The position numbers and the translations under genes were made by a program. A stretch of 64,000 nt of DNA from a virus (Duplodnaviria; Caudoviricetes): the IMG/VR virus record IMGVR_UViG_3300027898_000001; one strand, 5' to 3'. The notes beneath the pieces were generated by a model. The model ran no database searches. It was not told where the DNA came from and saw nothing but the letters and a program-made list of their open reading frames with translations. Positions within the stretch are counted from its first letter, which is position 1; the number at the start of each line of letters is the position of its first letter. This document shows positions 39,617 to 47,392 of this stretch, piece by piece.

Positions 39617-40805
39617 CGGAGTCCACCGTATTACGATTGTTCCAAATAGATTTACATGGAATTTTAGATACGTCACAACGATCTTTGTATTTCGTGGCAA
39701 TATCTAATACTTCTGATAGTAAACCTTGTTCTAGTGTTATCGCATTGAGACCCAGCTGCTTGAATTTCTCACGTACAACATGCAATTCGTTTTCGGCAGC
39801 TTCATTTCTAGGATTCTCAACAAAGTCTACGGTAACGCCAGTTATGACGCTAATCATCATAGCGAGGTCACGCACACGGTGTGTTTCTGTCATTTGATTG
39901 CGAATGACAACTTTATCGCCACGCGCTGGCGGATTCTCAATAGCTAACTGAATACATTTAACGGTATCACGGATATGAATGAACGCGCGAGTTTGACCGC
40001 CTGTACCATGAACTGTGAGTGGATGACCTAAGGCTGCTTGCATCAAGAATCGGTTCAATACAGTACCATAATCACCATCATAATCAAAACGATTGATTAA
40101 TGTTTCGTGCATTTCTGTTTCAGGAGTTTGTGTACCCCAAACTATACCTTGGTGTAGGTCTGTGATACGCAATCTATCATTCTTCACATAATACTGGAAC
40201 ATCAACTGATCCATAGTCTTAGTGAGGTGATATACGCTGCCAGGATTCGTTGGGTACAAACATTCAACTTCAACAGGGTTACCATCCATTCCGTTCATAG
40301 TTACTGTGGTGTAACCTTCTGGAATAGCAACACCAGCAGTACCATATCCGTAAACACCCATAGTGCCCAGATGCACGATATGGATGTCAGGATCAATATC
40401 ACAAACCGCTACCAATAAGTTGTGTGTAGCATTAGTGTTGTTGTTGACTGTGTAGCGTTTTGTTTGACTAGATTTCATTGAAAATGGCGCGGCGCGTTGT
40501 TCCGCAAAGTGTACAACGGCAAGAACATTTCTACTTATTAGATTAGATAATGAACTCGCATGTTCCGCAATGTCGATATTGTAGAAGCCTATAACTTTAC
40601 CAGTCAATTCTTCCCACTTCGCAATACGCTGTTTCATAGTAGAAATAGGAGTTAAAGAGTCACAACCTAGTGTTTCATCAATCGCACGGCGCGAGAAGTT
40701 GTCGATAATAGTAACATCATATCCTATATTGGATAGATGTAAAGCGGTTGGCCAACCACAGAAGCCGTCACCGCCGAGTACGATAACATGGTTCTTATTA
40801 GTCAT
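39609..40805 (-). CDS. sqdB: UDP-sulfoquinovose synthase
   Basis: GGDGFCGWPTALHL, SLTPI, HFAEQRAAPFSM, HLGTMGVYG, YHLTK, TDLHQGIVWG, RFDYDGDYGTVLNRF, GGQTRAFIHI, EAAENEL. Confidence 0.93.
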   Translation of the reverse strand: MTNKNHVIVLGGDGFCGWPTALHLSNIGYDVTIIDNFSRRAIDETLGCDSLTPISTMKQRIAKWEELTGKVIGFYNIDIAEHASSLSNLISRNVLAVVHFAEQRAAPFSMKSSQTKRYTVNNNTNATHNLLVAVCDIDPDIHIVHLGTMGVYGYGTAGVAIPEGYTTVTMNGMDGNPVEVECLYPTNPGSVYHLTKTMDQLMFQYYVKNDRLRITDLHQGIVWGTQTPETEMHETLINRFDYDGDYGTVLNRFLMQAALGHPLTVHGTGGQTRAFIHIRDTVKCIQLAIENPPARGDKVVIRNQMTETHRVRDLAMMISVITGVTVDFVENPRNEAAENELHVVREKFKQLGLNAITLEQGLLSEVLDIATKYKDRCDVSKIPCKSIWNNRNTVDSDE

Positions 40806-40838
40806 AATGTATCCTCTAAAATTTTCGGTATTTTTATA

Positions 40839-40847
40839 TATTTACAG
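40839..40847 (-). promoter_or_regulatory. CTGTAAATA promoter-like motif heading the sqdB operon
   Basis: + strand tatttacag, 34 nt upstream of the sqdB ATG. Confidence 0.65.
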
Positions 40848-40858
40848 TTTAAATTAGG

Positions 40859-41341
40859 TCAAACTTTGTTAAGAGCCTTTAGCTTTTTCTCTGTGATAAT
40901 GGTAGTTTCGTAGTTATCATTAGCAACGACAAAGCCCACACGCTTCTTAGAATAGCCAAGTAGTGTATACGAGTTTTTCTTTCCAACATATTCATCACCA
41001 GCAACGTATTTACTTGGAAGTGCTTTTACCCATTTGTTGATAGTATCTTCTGAAACAACTATTCGCTTTGACCACTTCTTAGCACTGAATTTATTTTTCG
41101 ACACTAGCGGTTGTATATCACTATCACCGTTTTGTTTATCTACGATGAATGCAGTAACGTCATCTGGAGAAACACCTTCTACCATTAGACCTATTTCTAG
41201 CAGAATACCATCCTTATTAAACTTACCTCCAATAGATACAGGCGAAACACCTAAATTAAGGCTTGCAACAAACGAAGCTATGTTTTTCTTGAAAGCGGTT
41301 TCCACAGAATCCGCGAGTGCTTGTGTGATAATTATACGCAT
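40859..41341 (-). CDS. Hypothetical protein (likely start ATG 41341)
   Basis: SD GGAG before MRIII. Confidence 0.55.
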   Translation of the reverse strand: MRIIITQALADSVETAFKKNIASFVASLNLGVSPVSIGGKFNKDGILLEIGLMVEGVSPDDVTAFIVDKQNGDSDIQPLVSKNKFSAKKWSKRIVVSEDTINKWVKALPSKYVAGDEYVGKKNSYTLLGYSKKRVGFVVANDNYETTIITEKKLKALNKV

Positions 41342-41349
41342 ACTGTCTC

Positions 41350-41868
41350 CTATGGAATAGGGCCCCAATCATAGCACTCTGTAACTTCAACACCAATTTG
41401 ATATTGACGTGATTCTAAGTCTTTTGTAACAAACACGCTGCCCATCGAGCTTGCTCCGGTAACACGATGACGAACACCTTTGATAGTACAAAAGCATTTC
41501 ATATCACGAAACATTGGTAAGTTATCATAAATCATCTTACGGTATGCTGGCATTGCTTTGTAATCTAGGAATGCAATTGCATGTGCCAATCCAGAATCTT
41601 GTTCAGCCACATATAGTTGACTGTCTAACCAATCGTAAACGTGAACAAAACCCTCTTTACGTTCTTTTATAGGCTTGCTGATTTCTTGTAACAATGTGCG
41701 AGCACGATTACCGTTCTCAATATATGATGTTCCTTGCAAAGTATAATCAGCTGGGTCCAATATAACATCTGCAGGTATTGAATCATGTGGCACTATGTGT
41801 TGCCCAGAATAGAACTCTAATACTTGGTTAACATCATATAAAATATTCTCGCTCATATCATTCTCCAT
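41350..41868 (-). CDS. Hypothetical protein
   Basis: 172-aa ORF in operon. Confidence 0.6.
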   Translation of the reverse strand: MENDMSENILYDVNQVLEFYSGQHIVPHDSIPADVILDPADYTLQGTSYIENGNRARTLLQEISKPIKERKEGFVHVYDWLDSQLYVAEQDSGLAHAIAFLDYKAMPAYRKMIYDNLPMFRDMKCFCTIKGVRHRVTGASSMGSVFVTKDLESRQYQIGVEVTECYDWGPIP

Positions 41869-42175
41869 TTTGTATAGGCATAAAAGAAAAGTCTAAGAAG
41901 CATTCGCCAAATGATACAATCAATGTGTATACTATGCGACCATGTTCTCTTATAGATGGTTTAGGTGCGCCGTTACGTGTGATAGCGAACCGGCTTGTTA
42001 TATCATCAACAACAGTTTCTGGGCTACTAGGCTCTTTAACCCAAGGTATACAAATTAGGTCAAAATCACGTGCCATACTACCATGAACAGCCAATGCGTA
42101 TCCATGCGATCTAGCAATTTCTGCTAATTCTGGATATAGACCAACATAGATAGGTGCAAAGTTAGCAGGCTTCAT
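41858..42175 (-). CDS. Minimal Pol-beta-superfamily nucleotidyltransferase-like protein
   Basis: VHGSMARDFDL = GS..DxD motif. Confidence 0.6.
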   Translation of the reverse strand: MKPANFAPIYVGLYPELAEIARSHGYALAVHGSMARDFDLICIPWVKEPSSPETVVDDITSRFAITRNGAPKPSIREHGRIVYTLIVSFGECFLDFSFMPIQNGE

Positions 42176-43215
42176 TACAGATCACCTTCCTGTAAATTTA
42201 ATACAGGTATTAATTGTTGTATTGATTTAGCGCTGTATCTGTGTGCCGATTCTGCTTTATCTAAATAGTCATTCAATCGACGTTTATTAAAACACACAGA
42301 TAACAATTCACATTCATCGTAGAAGTTTATATCAGTTTCGTATTGTTTTCGAGAACTGCAAGGTTTCGCAGCAATAGCGTATGTGCGATCTTTGAGAGCG
42401 AAGGATCTTACACCGGCAACAAACTTTTTACGTTCATGTTTGATAGTATCACCACTACGCTTACTCCATACGGGTGTCCATTTTTCAGAATACTCGTAGA
42501 AGTTAAATGGATTGTCTCTCGATAAATAGAGAAGACTAAAACCGTCAATAACCATACCGTACTTCTTCGCAAGAACATAACAATAAGCAGGTAATTGAAT
42601 AAGATGTGCAGAGTGTGGTAACTTCTTCGACATTATCTTACGTGCGGTGGTAGTCTTATAATCTGCTACCCAGAAATGACCATTCGGTAATAATATGATA
42701 CAATCAATGTGACCTACCAAACCTTTATATTTAATCTCTTTCTCAACATATCCCATTGGATGTTTGCAGCATGGGCATATATTGTTAGTGGTATTCTTCG
42801 CCGTAATACTACCTTTTCTTGTGATAGCTCCCTTTTCATTATACAAATCGCGTGTGTCATAAAACTTTTGACAATAAGGTGTGATGCAATTCCAATCACC
42901 CCAAACTTTACCAGTAGTGCCTATATAGTATTGGATATTCTCGTGAGCAGCCGTACCTACAGAAGTGAAGTAACCGCCGGCGGCGCTCATTTCCTGCTCG
43001 AAGTAACCTAAACTAGCACCTTTCATTAACTTCAAATAAACGTGAATGCTACACATAGGTAAAGAGCTGGGACGAAAAGCAGGAGCGCGCCCAGTTCGTG
43101 TAGTAATACTCTTTTCCATAGCATCTGCGTATAGCTTACCGAAAAAGGAACTACTTTGACCCATAGTTCGTTTTCCATAAGCGTACGGTCGTTTTTTAGG
43201 TAACTTACTAAACAT
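42175..43215 (-). CDS. PD-(D/E)xK exonuclease, Cas4/AddB/RecB-like
   Basis: RPSSLPMC, GTAAHE, GHIDC, VADYKT, QLPAY, three C-terminal Cys. Confidence 0.85.
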   Translation of the reverse strand: MFSKLPKKRPYAYGKRTMGQSSSFFGKLYADAMEKSITTRTGRAPAFRPSSLPMCSIHVYLKLMKGASLGYFEQEMSAAGGYFTSVGTAAHENIQYYIGTTGKVWGDWNCITPYCQKFYDTRDLYNEKGAITRKGSITAKNTTNNICPCCKHPMGYVEKEIKYKGLVGHIDCIILLPNGHFWVADYKTTTARKIMSKKLPHSAHLIQLPAYCYVLAKKYGMVIDGFSLLYLSRDNPFNFYEYSEKWTPVWSKRSGDTIKHERKKFVAGVRSFALKDRTYAIAAKPCSSRKQYETDINFYDECELLSVCFNKRRLNDYLDKAESAHRYSAKSIQQLIPVLNLQEGDL

Positions 43216-43233
43216 ATCGTAAACCTCTACCTA

Positions 43234-43242
43234 TATTTACAG
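43234..43242 (-). promoter_or_regulatory. CTGTAAATA motif (leftward) of a divergent pair
   Basis: + strand tatttacag, 19 nt upstream of the exonuclease ATG. Confidence 0.65.
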
Positions 43243-43272
43243 TATCTTGATTCAAATTATAGGAAATTGTAA

Positions 43273-43281
43273 CTGTAAATA
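43273..43281 (+). promoter_or_regulatory. CTGTAAATA motif (rightward) of a divergent pair
   Basis: 20 nt upstream of the primase ATG 43302. Confidence 0.65.
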
Positions 43282-43301
43282 TGAGTTACGAGGTACTTAA
43301 T

Positions 43302-44336
43302 ATGTCAGAAGATGCGCGTCAAATAATAAGTGAGGAATTGAATAATTCTCCTGGTCCTAAAAAGATGGCAGGTAGTTCACTTCTCATACAATGTCCTTTC
43401 CATGATGAAAACACACCATCATGTGGTGTCAACTTAAATCAAGATAGTGGTATTCCACTTGGCTGGTTTCATTGCTTTGGTTGTGGTGCTAAAGGTCCGT
43501 GGAATCGCTTAGCAAAACAAATGGGATTGACCCAGTTTAAGAAGTGGCAATTAGATTTCAAAGGTAATGGTGCGACTAGAGAAGAAAAACGTAGAACACC
43601 AGAAGCTAGTATGAAAAGTACAAATCAACTTGAGCGTATGTATAAGACGTTGAAAACAAAGGAGTTGATTGAATGGCCTACTAGAATGGACTGGAGAGGT
43701 TATGATGGCACACTACTTAGAAAGCTAGGCGCATTAATGTTTAGTGAAGAAGTGTGGAATAAACAAGAACGTGCTAGAGAAGCAGAGGTAATGCTGTTCT
43801 TCCCAATTTATGTAAACGAAAAGTTTGTAGGTGGTGTTAAAGCATTCATGGAGAAACAAAAAGACGGTCTAAGTTACTTGAACACGCCAGGCAGTTGGGT
43901 AAGAACAAGTGGTTTACTGGGATATGATTATATTCGCAAAGTAATAGCTAATGTAAGAGAAAAGAAAAAGAGACAATACACATCATTAGTATTAGTTGAA
44001 GGCCCGCGTGACGTAGCACGACTTCTGTTAAACAGAGTGCCAGCAATGGCTATTTTGGGTATCGAGAACTTTAGTGAAAAGAAGTTAATGAAAATACTGG
44101 CGGTAAATAGCAATATAAAAAGATTGTATGTAATGTCGGATAATGACAAAGCTGGTAAGCGTATGTATAAGATTATCAAGGAGATGGCTGCGAATTACAT
44201 CCCTGTAAAACGATTGAAATTGCCTGAAGAGTATGACAAGAAAGGAAAGCTAATTAAAATGGATCCAGACGATGCACCGCAAGAACTAATTGATACTGTA
44301 AGAGAACTTATAGAGTCGGAGATGGTGAAAGTCTAG
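43302..44336 (+). CDS. dnaG: DnaG-type DNA primase (likely start 43302)
   Basis: CPFHDENTPS..HCFGC zinc finger; TOPRIM LVEGPRD, DNDKAG; SD GAGG. Confidence 0.92.
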   Translation: MSEDARQIISEELNNSPGPKKMAGSSLLIQCPFHDENTPSCGVNLNQDSGIPLGWFHCFGCGAKGPWNRLAKQMGLTQFKKWQLDFKGNGATREEKRRTPEASMKSTNQLERMYKTLKTKELIEWPTRMDWRGYDGTLLRKLGALMFSEEVWNKQERAREAEVMLFFPIYVNEKFVGGVKAFMEKQKDGLSYLNTPGSWVRTSGLLGYDYIRKVIANVREKKKRQYTSLVLVEGPRDVARLLLNRVPAMAILGIENFSEKKLMKILAVNSNIKRLYVMSDNDKAGKRMYKIIKEMAANYIPVKRLKLPEEYDKKGKLIKMDPDDAPQELIDTVRELIESEMVKV

Positions 44337-45084
44337 CATTAGCGGATAAGTAACCATTCTGAAACAAAAGGTCAGTATCAAACACTCCAAACCCAGAAGA
44401 TTTAACATCTAGGAATAATATATTTGTTTTATCATCTACCTCATTCAAATACGCATCTGTATTATCTACTGCGTAGGTTAACATAGATATAACTTTCGGT
44501 AAATAACTCAAGCCTTTATATCCACTAACTGTAGGCGCACTACGTACTCTAATACCGTACGTAATCGCATTGGATGGTGGCATCACATTTACAGGTGTAG
44601 GGTTCAAGACACCACCATCTACTAGTAACTTGTTTAAATATTTTACAGGCGTATACAAAATTGGTATAGATAAAGAAGCACGTACAGCTAACCAAATAGG
44701 TGCATTTGGAGAAGTTTCTTTACTGAATACAAATGGTTCGCCTGATATAACGTCAGACGATGTTATATAAATAGGTATAGGAGAATCTGCAAACGTCTTA
44801 GTACCAAATGTTCGTTTCAATTCACCTTCAATGTGTGTTCCAAAGCAAAAACTACTTTGAAATATTGCAGTTGGATTAAATGAAATGGCTTTAGAAGGGT
44901 CGAGAGATTTAAGGATAAGAAGTGCTTTATCAATAGGATAGAATGCTAACAAAGCTGCAATAATAGCACCTCCAGATGTACCAGACACTGCGGTTAAAGT
45001 GCTACTATCTTTTTCTATGATACTTTGATAAGCACCTAAGTGCATAGCATACAATAAACCACTACCAGAAAATGCCACTCTCAT
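44308..45084 (-). CDS. Patatin-like phospholipase
   Basis: FSGSG..H oxyanion loop, GTSGG nucleophile, RASLSIP, DGG. Confidence 0.9.
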   Translation of the reverse strand: MRVAFSGSGLLYAMHLGAYQSIIEKDSSTLTAVSGTSGGAIIAALLAFYPIDKALLILKSLDPSKAISFNPTAIFQSSFCFGTHIEGELKRTFGTKTFADSPIPIYITSSDVISGEPFVFSKETSPNAPIWLAVRASLSIPILYTPVKYLNKLLVDGGVLNPTPVNVMPPSNAITYGIRVRSAPTVSGYKGLSYLPKVISMLTYAVDNTDAYLNEVDDKTNILFLDVKSSGFGVFDTDLLFQNGYLSANARLSPSPTL

Positions 45085-45102
45085 AATGTCCTCACGTAGA
45101 CG

Positions 45103-45135
45103 AAAAAAAGGCCGAAGGATATTATCCCTCAGCCT
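45103..45135 (-). terminator. Intrinsic terminator
   Basis: Minus strand AGGCUGAGGGAU-AAU-AUCCUUCGGCCU followed by U6. Confidence 0.85.
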
Positions 45136-45164
45136 AAGTTAATACTCACTTTCACTCTGTTAAA

Positions 45165-45773
45165 TTAGCGAGATGCTATAGCCGTTGCTCCCCACTCTTT
45201 AACATTAGCCGATACAGAGTTGGCAATCAAATACTGGATGTCTGCAACGCTCAACGTATGCTCTTTGCTATCTAATTCGTTGATCAGGTCTTCTTCTTGT
45301 TCATCAGAAGACAAACGTAATACCATGTTAGTAATGAATGGATTTATATCATCAGCACCTTTTGGAGGTTCAGCATTGATCTGTTGGTCAACTGGTGCAT
45401 TGAAATCTGCAATATCTGTTTGCTTACTGTTGATATCCAACAATTTGTTCAATTCTGTTTGTGCTCTTGAATTACCTGCAATCAACGCAGCAGCTTCGGC
45501 ACTGTCAATGATTTCCAAGAAGCCCTTTGCTACAACGCGACGGAAGTCTGGATTGCTAAGAACATCTTTCTTTGGACAGAACATACTAGCATCGAATGGA
45601 ATCCAAGTGACTGGAACTTGAAGACTAACTTTGCTGTTGTTTGAAGTAATAACCATATTAATGTTGCCAGATGGATTACTTTTATTCAACAAATACAATT
45701 CTGTGTCATCATTACGCAAACTAGTTTCTGCTTGCGCGATAGTAAGTTTTTTAAGTGATACTTTTGTGCTCAT
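45165..45773 (-). CDS. Hypothetical protein
   Basis: 202 aa, SD AGGAG, followed by a terminator. Confidence 0.65.
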   Translation of the reverse strand: MSTKVSLKKLTIAQAETSLRNDDTELYLLNKSNPSGNINMVITSNNSKVSLQVPVTWIPFDASMFCPKKDVLSNPDFRRVVAKGFLEIIDSAEAAALIAGNSRAQTELNKLLDINSKQTDIADFNAPVDQQINAEPPKGADDINPFITNMVLRLSSDEQEEDLINELDSKEHTLSVADIQYLIANSVSANVKEWGATAIASR

Positions 45774-45787
45774 GTGAAAGTCTCCTA

Positions 45788-46333
45788 TTAGACTATTGTT
45801 TGAAATAATGTATCTCCCGAAGCCATGACACGAACATCTTTTGAAAACGCATCATATTCCCGTTGAGAAAGGTTTAACACTGATCTAAATGAAAATTGTG
45901 GTACAATGGTTGTGCAATACTTTTCATCTACGAGTTTTAATAGCATCCAAGGCATGAAATTAAAATCTTGTACATTTAAAGGTTTATCTGCTATAACACT
46001 ATCAACTAATTGCGATCTACCTGCTTGGTAAATAAACTGCTCAGGTTTCTCTGTGTTTAAAATGTGTGCTACTACATGGTGAAACATAATCCACGAGTTC
46101 ATTCTATCAGTAGCTTTAGAACGGATACGCTTAACGTCTTTAACTGTTATTTCTTTATCTGGGAATTTATACAACAACAATTCAGAATCAGATATTGGTG
46201 TATCACCTGCAGCAGCTTTAACGTCTAAGGCAAGACAACGATTAGCCGTTGTTGGAGTATAGTTCTTACACGAGGTTATTTTGCAACGTGAAGTAAAACA
46301 ATATGAGGCTACTAGAGGACATTGTTTTTTCAT
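45788..46333 (-). CDS. Hypothetical protein with Cys-rich N-terminus
   Basis: 181-aa ORF; C..C..C..C..C in the first 30 residues. Confidence 0.6.
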   Translation of the reverse strand: MKKQCPLVASYCFTSRCKITSCKNYTPTTANRCLALDVKAAAGDTPISDSELLLYKFPDKEITVKDVKRIRSKATDRMNSWIMFHHVVAHILNTEKPEQFIYQAGRSQLVDSVIADKPLNVQDFNFMPWMLLKLVDEKYCTTIVPQFSFRSVLNLSQREYDAFSKDVRVMASGDTLFQTIV

Positions 46334-46334
46334 A

Positions 46335-46553
46335 TTAATCCAACACCGCCACAGACTGTATAGGTCTCACAGGTAATGATGCACGGACCAAACAATCTTT
46401 AGCTTCCAACAGTTTGCGCAAACCCGCTGACTTTTCTGGACCATCAGGCAACATGTCATCATACTGATGTGCAATATCACAAATTGGTTTACTCACTGAC
46501 TGTAATGCTGGAGGTAAATGTGCGTATTCAAAATATTGTAGAATTGGATTCAT
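46335..46553 (-). CDS. Small helical phage protein (72 aa; start ATG 46553)
   Basis: YFEYAHLP..EKSAGLRKLLEAKDCLVRA helical hairpin; SD AGGT. Confidence 0.7.
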   Translation of the reverse strand: MNPILQYFEYAHLPPALQSVSKPICDIAHQYDDMLPDGPEKSAGLRKLLEAKDCLVRASLPVRPIQSVAVLD

Positions 46554-46573
46554 ATAAATACCTATGCAATATA

Positions 46574-46712
46574 AACCATTATAATGTAGCAGTCTGCCTA
46601 TCATATCTTCGGTGCCTTGTACTTTGGCACATGCGCCCGATACTCAAGTTTTCCGTTTTATTGGCCGCGTATCCAATAAGTTACAGTTACAAACTGCTAG
46701 ACTATAATGGCT
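46574..46712 (-). ncRNA. Candidate ~140-nt structured RNA or 5' leader
   Basis: Closing stems AGCCAUUAUA/UAUAAUGGUU and UAGCAGUUU/AGACUGCUA enclosing hairpins UUAUUGG/CCAAUAA and GUGCC/GGCAC; starts ~15 nt after CTGTAAATA. Confidence 0.65.
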
Positions 46713-46727
46713 CTGTGGCACATAAGC

Positions 46728-46736
46728 TATTTACAG
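46728..46736 (-). promoter_or_regulatory. CTGTAAATA motif overlapping the ruvC stop
   Basis: + strand tatttacag directly upstream of the structured element. Confidence 0.6.
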
Positions 46737-47306
46737 TTTAGCGGACTTGTCCAAGTGACGTAGGAACGATATTATCCTTGCTTCACCTTCTAGGTTTGCG
46801 AATGGTATAAGATCAAATTGTTTAGCTACATGGTACTGCGCCATTAGCGTACAATCTAGTTCATGTACTTGGTGACGTATTTTAGGAGATTTTGGTTTCG
46901 ACAATACTTTTAGCATATCGTAAGTATCATTTAAAGAACAATCCTTATTAACGCGGTTAAAAGCATTCTTCCAAGTACCTGCAGTGTAAAGTACTATATT
47001 AGGATAAATATCATGTAACTTACCAATCATCATATTGATTGATTCTATGGAAAGTCCCTTTAATCCCCTACTTTGAAAACGCTCCGCGCACACTAAATCA
47101 AACGGTCCATATAAATGCTCAAGATGGTATATGTTTGATACAAACGCTCTACCCTCAGTCTTGATAGACATAGGGTTCTTAATAGGGCGCTCAAGCATTT
47201 GCGTACCAAGAACTTTTACTTTTAATTCACCGTCTTTAACTATCATATCAGATATTGAAACACCGTAATTAGCAGTACCTGGATCCATTGATAATATGCG
47301 CATCAC
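46731..47306 (-). CDS. ruvC: RuvC-like Holliday junction resolvase
   Basis: ILSMDPGTANYG, CAERF, HELDC acidic RNase H-fold pattern. Confidence 0.82.
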   Translation of the reverse strand: MMRILSMDPGTANYGVSISDMIVKDGELKVKVLGTQMLERPIKNPMSIKTEGRAFVSNIYHLEHLYGPFDLVCAERFQSRGLKGLSIESINMMIGKLHDIYPNIVLYTAGTWKNAFNRVNKDCSLNDTYDMLKVLSKPKSPKIRHQVHELDCTLMAQYHVAKQFDLIPFANLEGEARIISFLRHLDKSAKL

Positions 47307-47392
47307 ATCTACCTTATAAGAGTTTCGAGAAAATTAGCATATCGTGGTTCGATAATTTTAATTATATTTCCAATGCTAAAGGTAGAAGTAGA

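Noticed and set aside
42175-43215. Cas4-like gene as part of a CRISPR-Cas locus
   Set aside because: No cas1/cas2 or repeat-spacer array was seen in the window; solo Cas4-like exonucleases are common in phage recombination modules
46574-46712. SAM-I riboswitch or 6S RNA identity
   Set aside because: GUGCCAA is present but the other SAM-I elements are missing, and the fold is a multi-way junction, not a 6S-like rod; left unassigned
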